Shown piece by piece: positions 10,145 to 19,017 of a stretch of 64,000 nucleotides of DNA (the stretch's first letter is position 1; each line of letters opens with the position of its first letter). The translations under genes and the position numbers were made by a program. Below the pieces are notes generated by a model. That model saw only the letters and a list, made by a program, of their open reading frames with translations, did not search any database and had not been told where the DNA came from. Source of the stretch: Candidatus Eiseniibacteriota bacterium (lineage in GTDB: Bacteria > Eisenbacteria > RBG-16-71-46); NCBI GenBank assembly GCA_963744995.1, contig CAVUWA010000004.1, forward strand, positions 96,001 to 160,000, given 5' to 3'.

Positions 10145-10636
10145 TCAGCTCGCTCCATCATTCGCGCCGGCGAGCGAGGCGAACGGCAGCCCCGCCGCAC
10201 GTGCGGCGTCCATGACCGCGACGATCTCTTCGTAGCGGACGTGCGGTCCGGATACGATCCGGACGTCCTTCTGCTCCGGGAAGGCCGCCACCGCCTCGCC
10301 CAGCACCGCGGTCAGCCAGTCGCGCGTGGCCGTGTCGGGCGCGTACACGCCCGCGGCATCGGCCCTGCGCGCGACCTCGTGCGCCTCGATGCCGTTGCCC
10401 TCGACGCGGTAGGCGTGCTCGCCGATGCGCACCGTCAGGTCGAGGCGCGCCTCGTTCGCGCTCGCCGCCTCGGCCGCCGTCGGCAGCGCCATGTCGATCA
10501 CCGACACCTCGATGAACACCGCCGACAGCAGCAGCAGCGGGATCAGCACGATGAACAGGTTCATCAGCGGCAGGACCTCGATGTCCGCCGCCACGATCTC
10601 GCGGCTCCTGCGCCGCCGTCTGCGCGCTGCCGCCAT
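10145..10636 (-). CDS. ExbD/TolR family protein (AglQ-like), TM Asp replaced by Asn
   Basis: TM segment EVLPLMNLFIVLIPLLLLSAVF. C-terminal motif VRYEEIVAVMDAARAAG. Confidence 0.85.
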   Translation of the reverse strand: MAAARRRRRRSREIVAADIEVLPLMNLFIVLIPLLLLSAVFIEVSVIDMALPTAAEAASANEARLDLTVRIGEHAYRVEGNGIEAHEVARRADAAGVYAPDTATRDWLTAVLGEAVAAFPEQKDVRIVSGPHVRYEEIVAVMDAARAAGLPFASLAGANDGAS

Positions 10637-10639
10637 GGG

Positions 10640-11365
10640 TCAGCGGCCTCCACCCGCGGCGCGGCGTGCGGGTTGCACCACCTGCGCCTGCGGCGCAGCG
10701 GCGCGCGCCGGCAGCGGCGTGACGCTGCCGCGGCCGGCCGCCGCGTGCGCGAGCGCCTGGCTGACGCGGATGTTCATGTCGTCCACCTGCTCGGTGATCC
10801 GCTCGACCATGCCGGCGAGCCAGCCGTGCAGCAGCAGCGTCGGCACCGCGACGATCAGGCCGAGCGCGGTGGTGTTGAGCGCCTGCGAAATGCCGGCCGC
10901 GAGGAACGCCGAGCGCTGCGACGGATCCGCCGCGCCCACCGCCGAGAACGCGGTCGTGAGGCCGAAGATCGTGCCGAGCAGGCCGAGCAGCGTGGCCGCG
11001 TTGGCGAGCATCTGCAGGTGCGGCAGCCGCCGGGCGAGCGGGGGCAGGGCCAGCGTCGCGGCGTCGTCGCCCGCGGCCTGCAGCTGCGCCTCCTCGGCCG
11101 GACCGTGGCGCAGGATGGCCTGCGCGACCCGCGCCGCCGGCGCGTGCGACTGCATGGCGATGTTGCGGGCCGTGTTGAAATCGCCGCTGCCGATGCTGCG
11201 CACGACGTCGTCCGCCATGCGGCGGGCGTTCAGCGCCGCGGCGCGTCCGACCACGATGAACCGCTCGACGACGATGGCGGCGATCAGCACGCCGGCGCCG
11301 AGGATCACGTACATGAAAGCGCCGCCCCCCTTGAAGAAGGTGGCGACGGCGGAGAGCTCGTTCAC
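10640..11365 (-). CDS. MotA/TolQ/ExbB proton channel family protein (AglR-like)
   Basis: GTG 11365 in a GTGA overlap. Motifs GGAFMYVI...VVERF, ATLLGLLGTIFGL and GISQALNTTALGLIVAVP. Confidence 0.92.
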   Translation of the reverse strand: MNELSAVATFFKGGGAFMYVILGAGVLIAAIVVERFIVVGRAAALNARRMADDVVRSIGSGDFNTARNIAMQSHAPAARVAQAILRHGPAEEAQLQAAGDDAATLALPPLARRLPHLQMLANAATLLGLLGTIFGLTTAFSAVGAADPSQRSAFLAAGISQALNTTALGLIVAVPTLLLHGWLAGMVERITEQVDDMNIRVSQALAHAAAGRGSVTPLPARAAAPQAQVVQPARRAAGGGR

Positions 11366-11745
11366 GGGTTCGTCTCCCTGGTTGCGCCGGAAACCGGCGT
11401 GCGGACCACGACGAGCGCCGCGGGGAATACCGTGCGCTCGCCGATCTCGAGGCTGGTGAGCAGATACCTGCGGTGATGCAGATCCATGAAGCGGCGCTGG
11501 TCGCGCGCGGTGATGAACAGCACCTGGGGCACGGGAATCTCGCCCTCGATGCGGATCGCTTCGAGCGTGCGCGGCCGGGTGGCGTGCTTCGCGGCCGTGC
11601 CGCCCGCGGCGGCCGGCTGCGCCGTGGCCCGGGCTGCGGACGCCACGGATTGCGGGGCGTCCGACGCGGCGGCCTGCGCCGTGGTCGCTGCGCACACGAG
11701 CGCGAGTGCGGCGAGCGTGACGGTTCTCCGCGTGGGGGTGTGCAT
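11362..11745 (-). CDS. Small secreted protein, GltF/CglF-like
   Basis: ATG 11745. Signal peptide, Ala-rich linker, then LEAIRIEGEIPVPQVLFI. Size, motif and position between the TPR lipoprotein and exbB match the GltF slot of Agl/Glt-type clusters. Family call from memory. Confidence 0.6.
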   Translation of the reverse strand: MHTPTRRTVTLAALALVCAATTAQAAASDAPQSVASAARATAQPAAAGGTAAKHATRPRTLEAIRIEGEIPVPQVLFITARDQRRFMDLHHRRYLLTSLEIGERTVFPAALVVVRTPVSGATRETNP

Positions 11746-11747
11746 GT

Positions 11748-12647
11748 CTACTCCTTCCGTTCCGCGATCGGGCGCGCCTCTTCGCCGCCGATCACGCCGG
11801 CGAGGCCGTCGGGATCGGCATTCGCGCGCTCGCGGTAGGCGCGGAACCAGCGCGCCGCCGCGGCGTCGTCGAAGCGGTAGAACTTCGCCAGGATCGCCAG
11901 GTTGTAGTAGGGACCGGGCAGCGACGCATCGAGGTCGATCGCCTTCGTGAACGCCTTCTCGGCGCCGTCGGGATCGCCCGCGCGCAGGCGCGCGATGCCG
12001 AGGTTGTTCTGGTTGACGGCGGATTTGGGCGCGCGCTGCGCCGCTTCTTCGGCCAGCGCATCGGCGCCGCCCGCAGCCTCGCCACGCAGCTCGAGGTAGA
12101 CCCGCGCCGAACGACCCGCGTCGCTGGCCGGCGCCGCGGCCAGTGCGGCGCGCGCGTCGGCAACGCGGTCCACCGCGTCGTAGTGGAGCGCCAGGCCTTC
12201 GAGCAGTGCGGCCGGCATGCCCTCCGGGAACGCGTGGGCGCGCGCGTTCTCGAGCATGCGGATCGCCTCGTCGTGACGGCCGGCCTTGAAGTAGAGGTCG
12301 GAGAGCAGCGCGAGCGACGGCGCATGAGCGGGATCGAGCGCGAGCGCCCTCCTGAGCGCGGCTTCGGCTTCCTGCGTCGAGTCCGCCTGCGCATAGAGCA
12401 CGCCGAGCCGGTACGGCCAGAACGGCTCCGCGGGCGCTTCCGCCATGCGGGCGCGCGTGCCGGCGACATCGTCCGGCAGCTTCACGGCTACCGGCACGAG
12501 CGGCGCCTCGGTGACGTCGGCCCGGTGACCGAACACGGTGAGCCCGCAGCCGCTCGTGCCGGCGAGCACGGCGCCGAGCGCCAGGCCGGCGAGTACGCGC
12601 GGGAGCACGGGACGTGCGGCGCGGATGGGAACGGCTCGGAGTGTCAT
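11748..12647 (-). CDS. TPR-repeat lipoprotein (GltE/AglT-like)
   Basis: ATGA overlap at 12647. Lipobox-like LAGTSG-C. TPR motifs such as AVNQNNLGIARLRAGDPDGAEKAFTKAIDLD and PYYNLAIL. Confidence 0.8.
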   Translation of the reverse strand: MTLRAVPIRAARPVLPRVLAGLALGAVLAGTSGCGLTVFGHRADVTEAPLVPVAVKLPDDVAGTRARMAEAPAEPFWPYRLGVLYAQADSTQEAEAALRRALALDPAHAPSLALLSDLYFKAGRHDEAIRMLENARAHAFPEGMPAALLEGLALHYDAVDRVADARAALAAAPASDAGRSARVYLELRGEAAGGADALAEEAAQRAPKSAVNQNNLGIARLRAGDPDGAEKAFTKAIDLDASLPGPYYNLAILAKFYRFDDAAAARWFRAYRERANADPDGLAGVIGGEEARPIAERKE

Positions 12648-15600
12648 CGCGAAGGGTCCTCCTGTCGGGTGACCGCGGCGGCCGTGCGGCCTGCGCCGGA
12701 CGCGGCGTGGGACGTGTCCGTTGCGGCGCGTGCGACCGGGGCCTTGCCTTCGACCAGCGGGAACTCGACTTCGGGCCGGAAATAGAAGCGCTGCCCCAGC
12801 CGCTTCCACAGCGCGCCGCGGGCCTCGGCAACCCAGCGGTCCGCGCCGGCGTCCGCACCGTTCTGGCGCAGCAGCTCTTCCCAGACCTGCTCGCCGCGGT
12901 CGTAGAACGCCTGGGCCTTTTCCACCAGCACGTCCTCGTACGCGAGGCGATCGTCCCCGGAGATATCGGCAGGCCGCTCGCTCTGCTCCAGCGCAGTTCC
13001 GAATCCGATCAGCGCCTCGCCGATGCGGTACGCGCCGGCGTGCGCCACGGCCGGGACGCCGACGTCGATGGCGCGGCGGTAGCGCGCGACCAGCGAATCG
13101 AGCTTCACCTGCCGCGCCCGGATCGAGCGCTCGAGCGGCTGCGTGAGGCGGATGCCTTCGTACACCGCGCGGCTCTCTTCGCCCTGCTGGAACATGACCT
13201 CGGCGACCAGCTCGCGCGAGGCGAGCTCCGGGTGGGCCGAGGCGCGCCGCATGTAACGGGCGAGCGCGGACGGTGCCGCGCCCTGCGCCGGCCTGCCGAG
13301 CAGCGCCGAGACCGGATGCGCGGCGTCCACGCCCTCGAGGTCGCGGCGCGCGAGCGGCTCGAGGATCTCCATCGCCGCCTCGTGATCGTCCGGATAGCGC
13401 TCGAGGTAGGCGAGTCGGATCTGCTCGGCGCGCGGTGCGAGTCCTGCCGCCTCGTACAGATCGGCGCTCTTGAGCCACGCGTCGGCCGCACCCGGGTCTT
13501 CCGGGTAGTGCTGCGCGAACCGCTGATAGGCGTCGGCGGCGCGGCGCTTCTCGCCCGCCTGTTCCCAGGTCGCGGCGATCTGCAGATGGGCGTCCTTCAC
13601 GAACTCGCTCTTCGGGAAGCGCGCGATCAGGGTCTCCATCGCGGAGGTGCCGCGCTCGCGGTCTCCGGCCGCGAGCCACGCGAGGCCCGCGCGGTACTGC
13701 GCGAGGTGCGCGTGCTCGTAGTCCGGATAGCGCGCCGCCACCTGCTCGAACAGCTCGGCCTGGCGGCGGAAGTTGCTCGAATCGTCGTGCGCCACCGATT
13801 CGGCGAAGCGGAACCGGGCGACCGGGACCGCTTCGCCGGCGTGCGCGGCGATCGAATCCGCGCCAGCGCGCTCGGCGACGAGCCGCGCCGCCTCGTACGC
13901 GTCGCCAGCCGCGTCGAAGCGTGCGATCCGGAACAGCGCGTCGGCGCGCAGGCCGGCGGCGGCCGGCGCGCGCGGATCCGCGGGCCACGTGTCGCTCATG
14001 CGGCCGAAGTCGGCGGCCGCCCGCTCGTACCAGCCATGCGCGAGGGCGAGGTTCGCCTCGCGCCAGCGGATGTCGGCGCCGCCTGCGTGCGCGGGGAAGC
14101 GTTCGAGCAGCTCGTCCGCCGCCTGCTGCACGGCGTGGGCGAGCGAATCGCTGCCGGTATGGCCAGTGCCCGCGGCCTTGCGCGTGCGCTCGTACCACGC
14201 GTCCGTCACGGCCACGCGCTCGTGCAGCGCGCGCTCGGCGATGCTGTCGGCGCCGGCGTCCGCGGCGGCGCGGTAGTGTTCGAGGGCGAGCGCGGGTTCG
14301 CCGAGACGTGCGCCGGCTTCGCCCGCGTACAGGTGATAGAGCGGGGTCTCGGGGTCGGCCGGCCAGGTGCGGATCAACGTGCCGTAGAGCGCGAGCGCCT
14401 GCCGCCACTCGGCGGCGGCGCCGGTGCGGCGCGCTTCGGCGTGGTGCCAGAGGGCGACGCTCGTCCAGGCGCCGCGCGCGAACGCGGCGCCCAGGGCGCG
14501 CACCGAATCCGATTCCTGCGCCTTCGCCCAGGCGCTGCCGGGCGCGAAGTGGGCTGCGCCATCGAGCTGCGCGGCGCGCGCCTCAGCGGCGCGGTCGGCC
14601 TTCATCCAGGTGTCGGGCAGGCGCTCGGCGGCGGTGAGCGCCTCGGGATGCAGCGGGTAGCGCTCGATGCACATCGCGTCGGCGGCCGCGGCCTCCTCGA
14701 ACAGGCTGTAGCGGCGGAAGTGCGCGGCGAGCTCCATCAGGATGCGCATGTCGTAGGGTCGGCCACCGATGCGGTCGAAGTACCGCGCGAACGCGTCCGC
14801 GCCGCCGGCGCGGGCCAGCGACTGCACGAGCCAGCTCTCCGATTCGCCCTCGACGTCGGCCGTGATGCGGGCACGGGCGGGGGAGGCGTACAGGTCGAGC
14901 GCGGTCCGAAACGCGTCGGCGGCCTCCAGGAACCGGTCCTGGTTGGACTCGGCCCAGCCCAGTTTGTAGAGCGCCATCGCGGTCAGGTTCGGATCGGGGC
15001 CTTCTGCGGCGTGCGCGTAGTGCTTCGCTGCGGCGGCATGGTCGCGGTCGTTGAAGGCGAGATCGCCCATGCGCAGCCAGGCTTCCTGGCAGTACGGCGA
15101 ATCGGGATGCAGCCGTACCAGCTCGCCGAAGTAGCGGCCGGCGTCGTCGTTGCCGTCGTCGGCGAGGAGCATCCCGGAGTTGAACAGCACCGCGTCGCGA
15201 TGCTCGAAGCCGGGATCCTCGGCGAGGATCGCCGCGTACAGCTCGAACGCCGGCCGGTGGTCCATGACGGGCAGGGCCCCGGGTGCGCCGCCCTCCTTCT
15301 GGCGCCGCACGAACTCCGCCATCTGCGCGCGGAACGTCTCGCGCGCGTCGACGAGCAGAGCGTCCGCGAGGCGGAAGCGCATCTCGCCGCGCGCGAACGA
15401 ATCCGGATGACGCGTGAGGAACGTCCGCATCGCAGCGATCGCGCGCGCGCGCCACGCGACGGTCGTGGAGTCCTCGGGCGCATCGGCGGCGGCGAGGTCG
15501 AGACCGACGCTCTGCCCGTAGGCCGCCACGGCCAGACCGTAGTCGACCGATTCGGCGCGCGCATCGAGCGCGGCCAGGGCGCGCGCGATGGCGACGCCCG

Positions 15601-17569
15601 CGGCCGAGTCGGAGACCGCGCGGTAGGTGGCGGCGCGCGCCTCGCGCGCGGCGGCGCGGTCGGCCGCGCGGCGCGCCAGCTGGTCGAGCCGCGCGCTGCC
15701 CGCCGCGGCCGCCAGGTTCGAGTCCACCGCGGCTGCGATGCCGCGTGCGCGCGCGAGCGTCGCGTGCGCGCGGTCTGCTTCCGCGGCGGTGCGGTCGATC
15801 AGACGCGGGCGCCATGCCTCGGCGTACGAGCGGGTGATCAGGTCCGGCGCAGCCGCGGCGATTCCGCGCGCGGCGGCGACGATGGCCTTGGTGAGCGCCG
15901 TCTCGGCGGCGACCAGCGAGTCGGCGCTCGGATAACCGTCGGGCGCGAGGGCCTCCCCGGCATGGGGCACGCCCTCCAGATGGAAGTGCCGCAGCGCGCC
16001 GAGCCACGCGAGGTGTGCGGCGCCGCTCTCGACGATTTCCGCTGCGCGGCGCAGCACCCGCTGCGTGGCCGCGTCCCGCACGCCGCGGATGCGGGCATCG
16101 AGCTGATCGAGCGTCGCGCGCAGCGAGTCGAGCGCCGCGCTGCGCGCGTACAGGGCGGCGATCTCGGCGTCGAGCTGCGTGCGCCCGCCGGCGAAGTAGT
16201 CGCGCTGCCGGGCGAGCCGGGCGCGCTCCCCGGCGAGCGCGTGATCGGTGCGCTCGACCGCCCCGCGGGCGCGCTCGAGCGCGCGGGCGGCGGCACCGAC
16301 TCGTTCCCATGCCGCCGCCGGGGGCGGGGCGAGCGAAACGCCCGCGGCAGCGCCGCTCTCGCGCTGGAGCGCGGGCGGCGCCGAGGCGGATGTCTCGTCG
16401 AGCCGCGTCGCACGACCGGCCAGCGCGCGTGCAGCGTGATCCACCGCGTCGCCGTCGAGCGCGAGGGCGGCCGCCGTGCCGCCGTGCGCCCGCCACGCCT
16501 GCCAGAGCGGCGCGAAGTCGCCGGAATCGCGCAGGGCCATGAGCGCCGTGCGCCGCGCTGCGGCATCCGCAGCGATAGCCGCGTAACGGTCGTACGCGCG
16601 GCTCCAGTCCCGGGCGTCGAGGTCGAGCCCGGCCAGCGCGAGCCGCGCGGCGTCGCGATCGGCGTACGCCGTGTCCGCCGCCGCCCGCGTGACCCACGCG
16701 CGGCCGGCGAGGCTGTCGCCGTGCTCGAGCGCCCACAGGCCGCGCATGTGCAGCGCACGCGACGTCCACGGGCTCGCGACGGGCACGCGCGCGAGCAGCG
16801 CCGACGGATCGCGGCCCGCGGCCTCGGCGCGGGTGGCGAGACGGAGCAGCGCGAGCCCGGCCAGCTCGCGCCCGAGAGCGGTCGTCGTGTCGGCGCCCGC
16901 AAGCGTTTCGAGCGTAGCCGTATCATCTTCTCCCGCAGCGGACTGGGCGAGACTCTTCACGTACAGGGAGAGCGCAGCGCCGACGCCGTCGCCCCGCGCC
17001 GCGGCGAGCCGCTCGAGCGCCGCGCGGGCCTCGCCGCCCGCGAGCTGCCGCGCCGCCGCGACCGCTGCGCCGGACGCGGTGCCCGGCGCGCCCCCGGCAT
17101 CCGTTCCGGCAGGCGCCGCGAGCACGCGCTGATAGGCGATCCAGCGGGTGAAGGGCGTGTCGCCCCGCCACGTTGCCACGGCGGCGGCGACCTGTTCGAA
17201 GCGATCGAGCTCGCCGAGCGCGAGACAGGCCTGCGCGAGCAGGAACGCGGCGCGGTCGGCGCCGTCGAAACCGGGCTCGAGCGCGAAATCGATCGGCTCG
17301 AGCGCGTCCACCACGCCATGCATGTCACCCGCACGCCACGCGAACGCGGCGCGGGCCAGGAGGAGCGTGCCCGGCGCCTCGCCCCGGGCGGGGACGGGCA
17401 CGGCGTTCGGCCGCGCCGCCCCCGGCGCCGCGGGCGCGCTCCGCGCCGACGCCGGCGTGCCGGATGCGACGGCGGCGGCCGGCGCTCCGGCCGCGAGCGC
17501 AGCGGCGGCGGAAACGATCGAGACGGTCCCGGTGAGGACCGTCCACAGGACGGGGCGGGAAAGACGCAA
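12644..17569 (-). CDS. Very large (~1640 aa) secreted TPR/coiled-coil protein (GltC/GltD-like)
   Basis: Probable TTG start at 17569, 11 bp after the upstream stop, then a signal peptide. Many TPR units (e.g. EAWLRMGDLAF, MALYKLGWAES, LAQYRAGLAW) and a central heptad-rich region. The ORF-track extension to 18787 overlaps two other genes and was rejected. Confidence 0.8.
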   Translation of the reverse strand: MRLSRPVLWTVLTGTVSIVSAAAALAAGAPAAAVASGTPASARSAPAAPGAARPNAVPVPARGEAPGTLLLARAAFAWRAGDMHGVVDALEPIDFALEPGFDGADRAAFLLAQACLALGELDRFEQVAAAVATWRGDTPFTRWIAYQRVLAAPAGTDAGGAPGTASGAAVAAARQLAGGEARAALERLAAARGDGVGAALSLYVKSLAQSAAGEDDTATLETLAGADTTTALGRELAGLALLRLATRAEAAGRDPSALLARVPVASPWTSRALHMRGLWALEHGDSLAGRAWVTRAAADTAYADRDAARLALAGLDLDARDWSRAYDRYAAIAADAAARRTALMALRDSGDFAPLWQAWRAHGGTAAALALDGDAVDHAARALAGRATRLDETSASAPPALQRESGAAAGVSLAPPPAAAWERVGAAARALERARGAVERTDHALAGERARLARQRDYFAGGRTQLDAEIAALYARSAALDSLRATLDQLDARIRGVRDAATQRVLRRAAEIVESGAAHLAWLGALRHFHLEGVPHAGEALAPDGYPSADSLVAAETALTKAIVAAARGIAAAAPDLITRSYAEAWRPRLIDRTAAEADRAHATLARARGIAAAVDSNLAAAAGSARLDQLARRAADRAAAREARAATYRAVSDSAAGVAIARALAALDARAESVDYGLAVAAYGQSVGLDLAAADAPEDSTTVAWRARAIAAMRTFLTRHPDSFARGEMRFRLADALLVDARETFRAQMAEFVRRQKEGGAPGALPVMDHRPAFELYAAILAEDPGFEHRDAVLFNSGMLLADDGNDDAGRYFGELVRLHPDSPYCQEAWLRMGDLAFNDRDHAAAAKHYAHAAEGPDPNLTAMALYKLGWAESNQDRFLEAADAFRTALDLYASPARARITADVEGESESWLVQSLARAGGADAFARYFDRIGGRPYDMRILMELAAHFRRYSLFEEAAAADAMCIERYPLHPEALTAAERLPDTWMKADRAAEARAAQLDGAAHFAPGSAWAKAQESDSVRALGAAFARGAWTSVALWHHAEARRTGAAAEWRQALALYGTLIRTWPADPETPLYHLYAGEAGARLGEPALALEHYRAAADAGADSIAERALHERVAVTDAWYERTRKAAGTGHTGSDSLAHAVQQAADELLERFPAHAGGADIRWREANLALAHGWYERAAADFGRMSDTWPADPRAPAAAGLRADALFRIARFDAAGDAYEAARLVAERAGADSIAAHAGEAVPVARFRFAESVAHDDSSNFRRQAELFEQVAARYPDYEHAHLAQYRAGLAWLAAGDRERGTSAMETLIARFPKSEFVKDAHLQIAATWEQAGEKRRAADAYQRFAQHYPEDPGAADAWLKSADLYEAAGLAPRAEQIRLAYLERYPDDHEAAMEILEPLARRDLEGVDAAHPVSALLGRPAQGAAPSALARYMRRASAHPELASRELVAEVMFQQGEESRAVYEGIRLTQPLERSIRARQVKLDSLVARYRRAIDVGVPAVAHAGAYRIGEALIGFGTALEQSERPADISGDDRLAYEDVLVEKAQAFYDRGEQVWEELLRQNGADAGADRWVAEARGALWKRLGQRFYFRPEVEFPLVEGKAPVARAATDTSHAASGAGRTAAAVTRQEDPSR

Positions 17570-17580
17570 GGCGTAGCCGC

Positions 17581-18414
17581 TCAGCCGTCCACGGCGGGGT
17601 GCGAGTCGTCGTGCAACCACGCACGCGCGTGTGCGCCGGAGCCGCCGTCCGCGGGAACGGTGCCGGTGAGATCGATTTCGAGCAGCGTCAGCCGATCGCG
17701 ATCCGGGACGAGGGTCATGTAGCCCGCGGGAGAGCCCGCCCAGGCGGCGCCGCCGATGCGGAACTCGACCACCTGCTCGCGCGGCTCGACGTTGGCGTGG
17801 AACACCTGCATCACGCCGCCGTCCGCGAGCGCGCTCGCGTCGGCCGCGGTGAGCGGCACTTCGAGCGTGGCGCCGCCTTCGAGCGTCAGGGTGACGCTTT
17901 CCGCCGCCTGCGCCGGGACGCCGCGCAGGAGCACGATCAGTTCGGTCCGCTGGCGGCCGGCGAAATCGCCCTGCAGTTCGGCGAGACGCAGCTGCTGCTG
18001 ATCGAGCTGCCGCTCGAGGCCGTCGAGCCGGTCCTCGAGCGCGCCCAGATCGCGGATGCTGGCGAGCAGCTGCGTGCGCTCCTGGCCGGCCGCGATCGCG
18101 GCGGTCGAATCCGCGCCCGCGTCGGCCTCGGCGAGCAGGCGGCGGTAGGCGAGGAAGCGCGGATCCACGGCCTCGGCGTCGGCGCGGCTCGCGACGGTCC
18201 GCTCGCGCAGCAGGTCGAACTGCGCACGGATGAAGTCGAGGTTCGCCTTGAGGAAGCGCAGGTGATCGAGCTTCTCGCGGGGCGGCTTCACACGCTCGAT
18301 CTTCACCTCGGTCGCGGCATCCTGCGCGCGCGCGGCGCCGGGCACGCCCGCGCAGATGAAGGCGGCGAGGCACAGGAATGCGGCGCGGCGGACGACGGCG
18401 TGACGGGCGCGCAT
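17581..18414 (-). CDS. Secreted hypothetical protein, coiled coil plus beta-rich C-terminal domain
   Basis: ATG 18414, 2 bp after the upstream stop. Signal peptide ends ARA. Coiled coil LEDRLDGLERQLDQQQLRLAEL, then ESVTLTLEG...ALADGGVMQVFHANV. Confidence 0.7.
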   Translation of the reverse strand: MRARHAVVRRAAFLCLAAFICAGVPGAARAQDAATEVKIERVKPPREKLDHLRFLKANLDFIRAQFDLLRERTVASRADAEAVDPRFLAYRRLLAEADAGADSTAAIAAGQERTQLLASIRDLGALEDRLDGLERQLDQQQLRLAELQGDFAGRQRTELIVLLRGVPAQAAESVTLTLEGGATLEVPLTAADASALADGGVMQVFHANVEPREQVVEFRIGGAAWAGSPAGYMTLVPDRDRLTLLEIDLTGTVPADGGSGAHARAWLHDDSHPAVDG

Positions 18415-18416
18415 GC

Positions 18417-19007
18417 TCAGCCCCTCCAGGTGCGCCGCACCTTGCCGGCGGCGGCGTCCACCACCACGAACAGGGACGGCTGGTCGGGGGCGGTGTAGAC
18501 GAGCGTCCAGGTGGTCTCGTCCGGGTCGCCGCCGTGGAAAGCGCCGCGCATGAGCAGCATCGTGGCGAGCGTCCCGCCCTGATCGCTGCGGAACTCGAGA
18601 CCGGCCTTCTTCTCGGCGATCGCGAGCGCCGCACCGCTGTCGATCCAGTCGGATGCGAGCGGCGGCGCCTCGAGCCGGGCGGGGAGCGTCTCGGCGACGA
18701 CGATCCTGCCGTCGCGCACGGAATAGCCGCGCGAGGCGTCGAGCGACGGCGCGTAGAACAGGTAGCCCCAGCGCACCGCCGCGCCACGGACGTCGAGGTC
18801 CTCGTCGTTCTCGACGTACACCAGATAGGCGTCGGGCGCCCACGCGTGCGCGGCGGCGGCGGCGACGTCGAGTCCGGCGCGCGCCTCGAACGGCGGCTTG
18901 TCCCCGGCGGCGGCGGGCCAGGCGAGCGCGGCGACGAACAGCAGGCTGGCGAGCCCGCGGCGCGCGGCCCCGGCCGGCGCGCGGGCGATGCGAAGGGAAT
19001 GGCTCAT
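18417..19007 (-). CDS. Secreted hypothetical protein, possibly tandem PepSY-like domains
   Basis: ATG 19007 with GGAG RBS. Signal peptide. WIDSGAALAIAE...WTLVY...VVVDAAAGKV resembles a PepSY-type fold. Confidence 0.6.
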   Translation of the reverse strand: MSHSLRIARAPAGAARRGLASLLFVAALAWPAAAGDKPPFEARAGLDVAAAAAHAWAPDAYLVYVENDEDLDVRGAAVRWGYLFYAPSLDASRGYSVRDGRIVVAETLPARLEAPPLASDWIDSGAALAIAEKKAGLEFRSDQGGTLATMLLMRGAFHGGDPDETTWTLVYTAPDQPSLFVVVDAAAGKVRRTWRG

Positions 19008-19017
19008 CGGTTCTCTC

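Noticed and set aside
8640..12647. Calling the motor genes a standard Tol-Pal or TonB iron-uptake system
   Set aside because: No pal, no canonical tolB/ybgC, and no plug-containing TonB-dependent receptor. Two ExbD paralogues, TPR proteins and a GltF-like gene fit the Agl/Glt-type arrangement better.
12614..17722. 1702-aa plus-strand ORF, and similar long ORFs such as 49955-53893, 32289-35732, 29947-32661 and 24901-27237
   Set aside because: Antisense shadows of well-supported minus-strand genes. They are Arg/Ala/Gly-rich with no motifs, as expected when high GC depletes stop codons.
17570..18787. N-terminal extension making the TPR protein 2047 aa
   Set aside because: It overlaps two coherent same-strand genes in other frames and is Arg/Pro-rich noise. 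A signal peptide begins right after TTG 17569.
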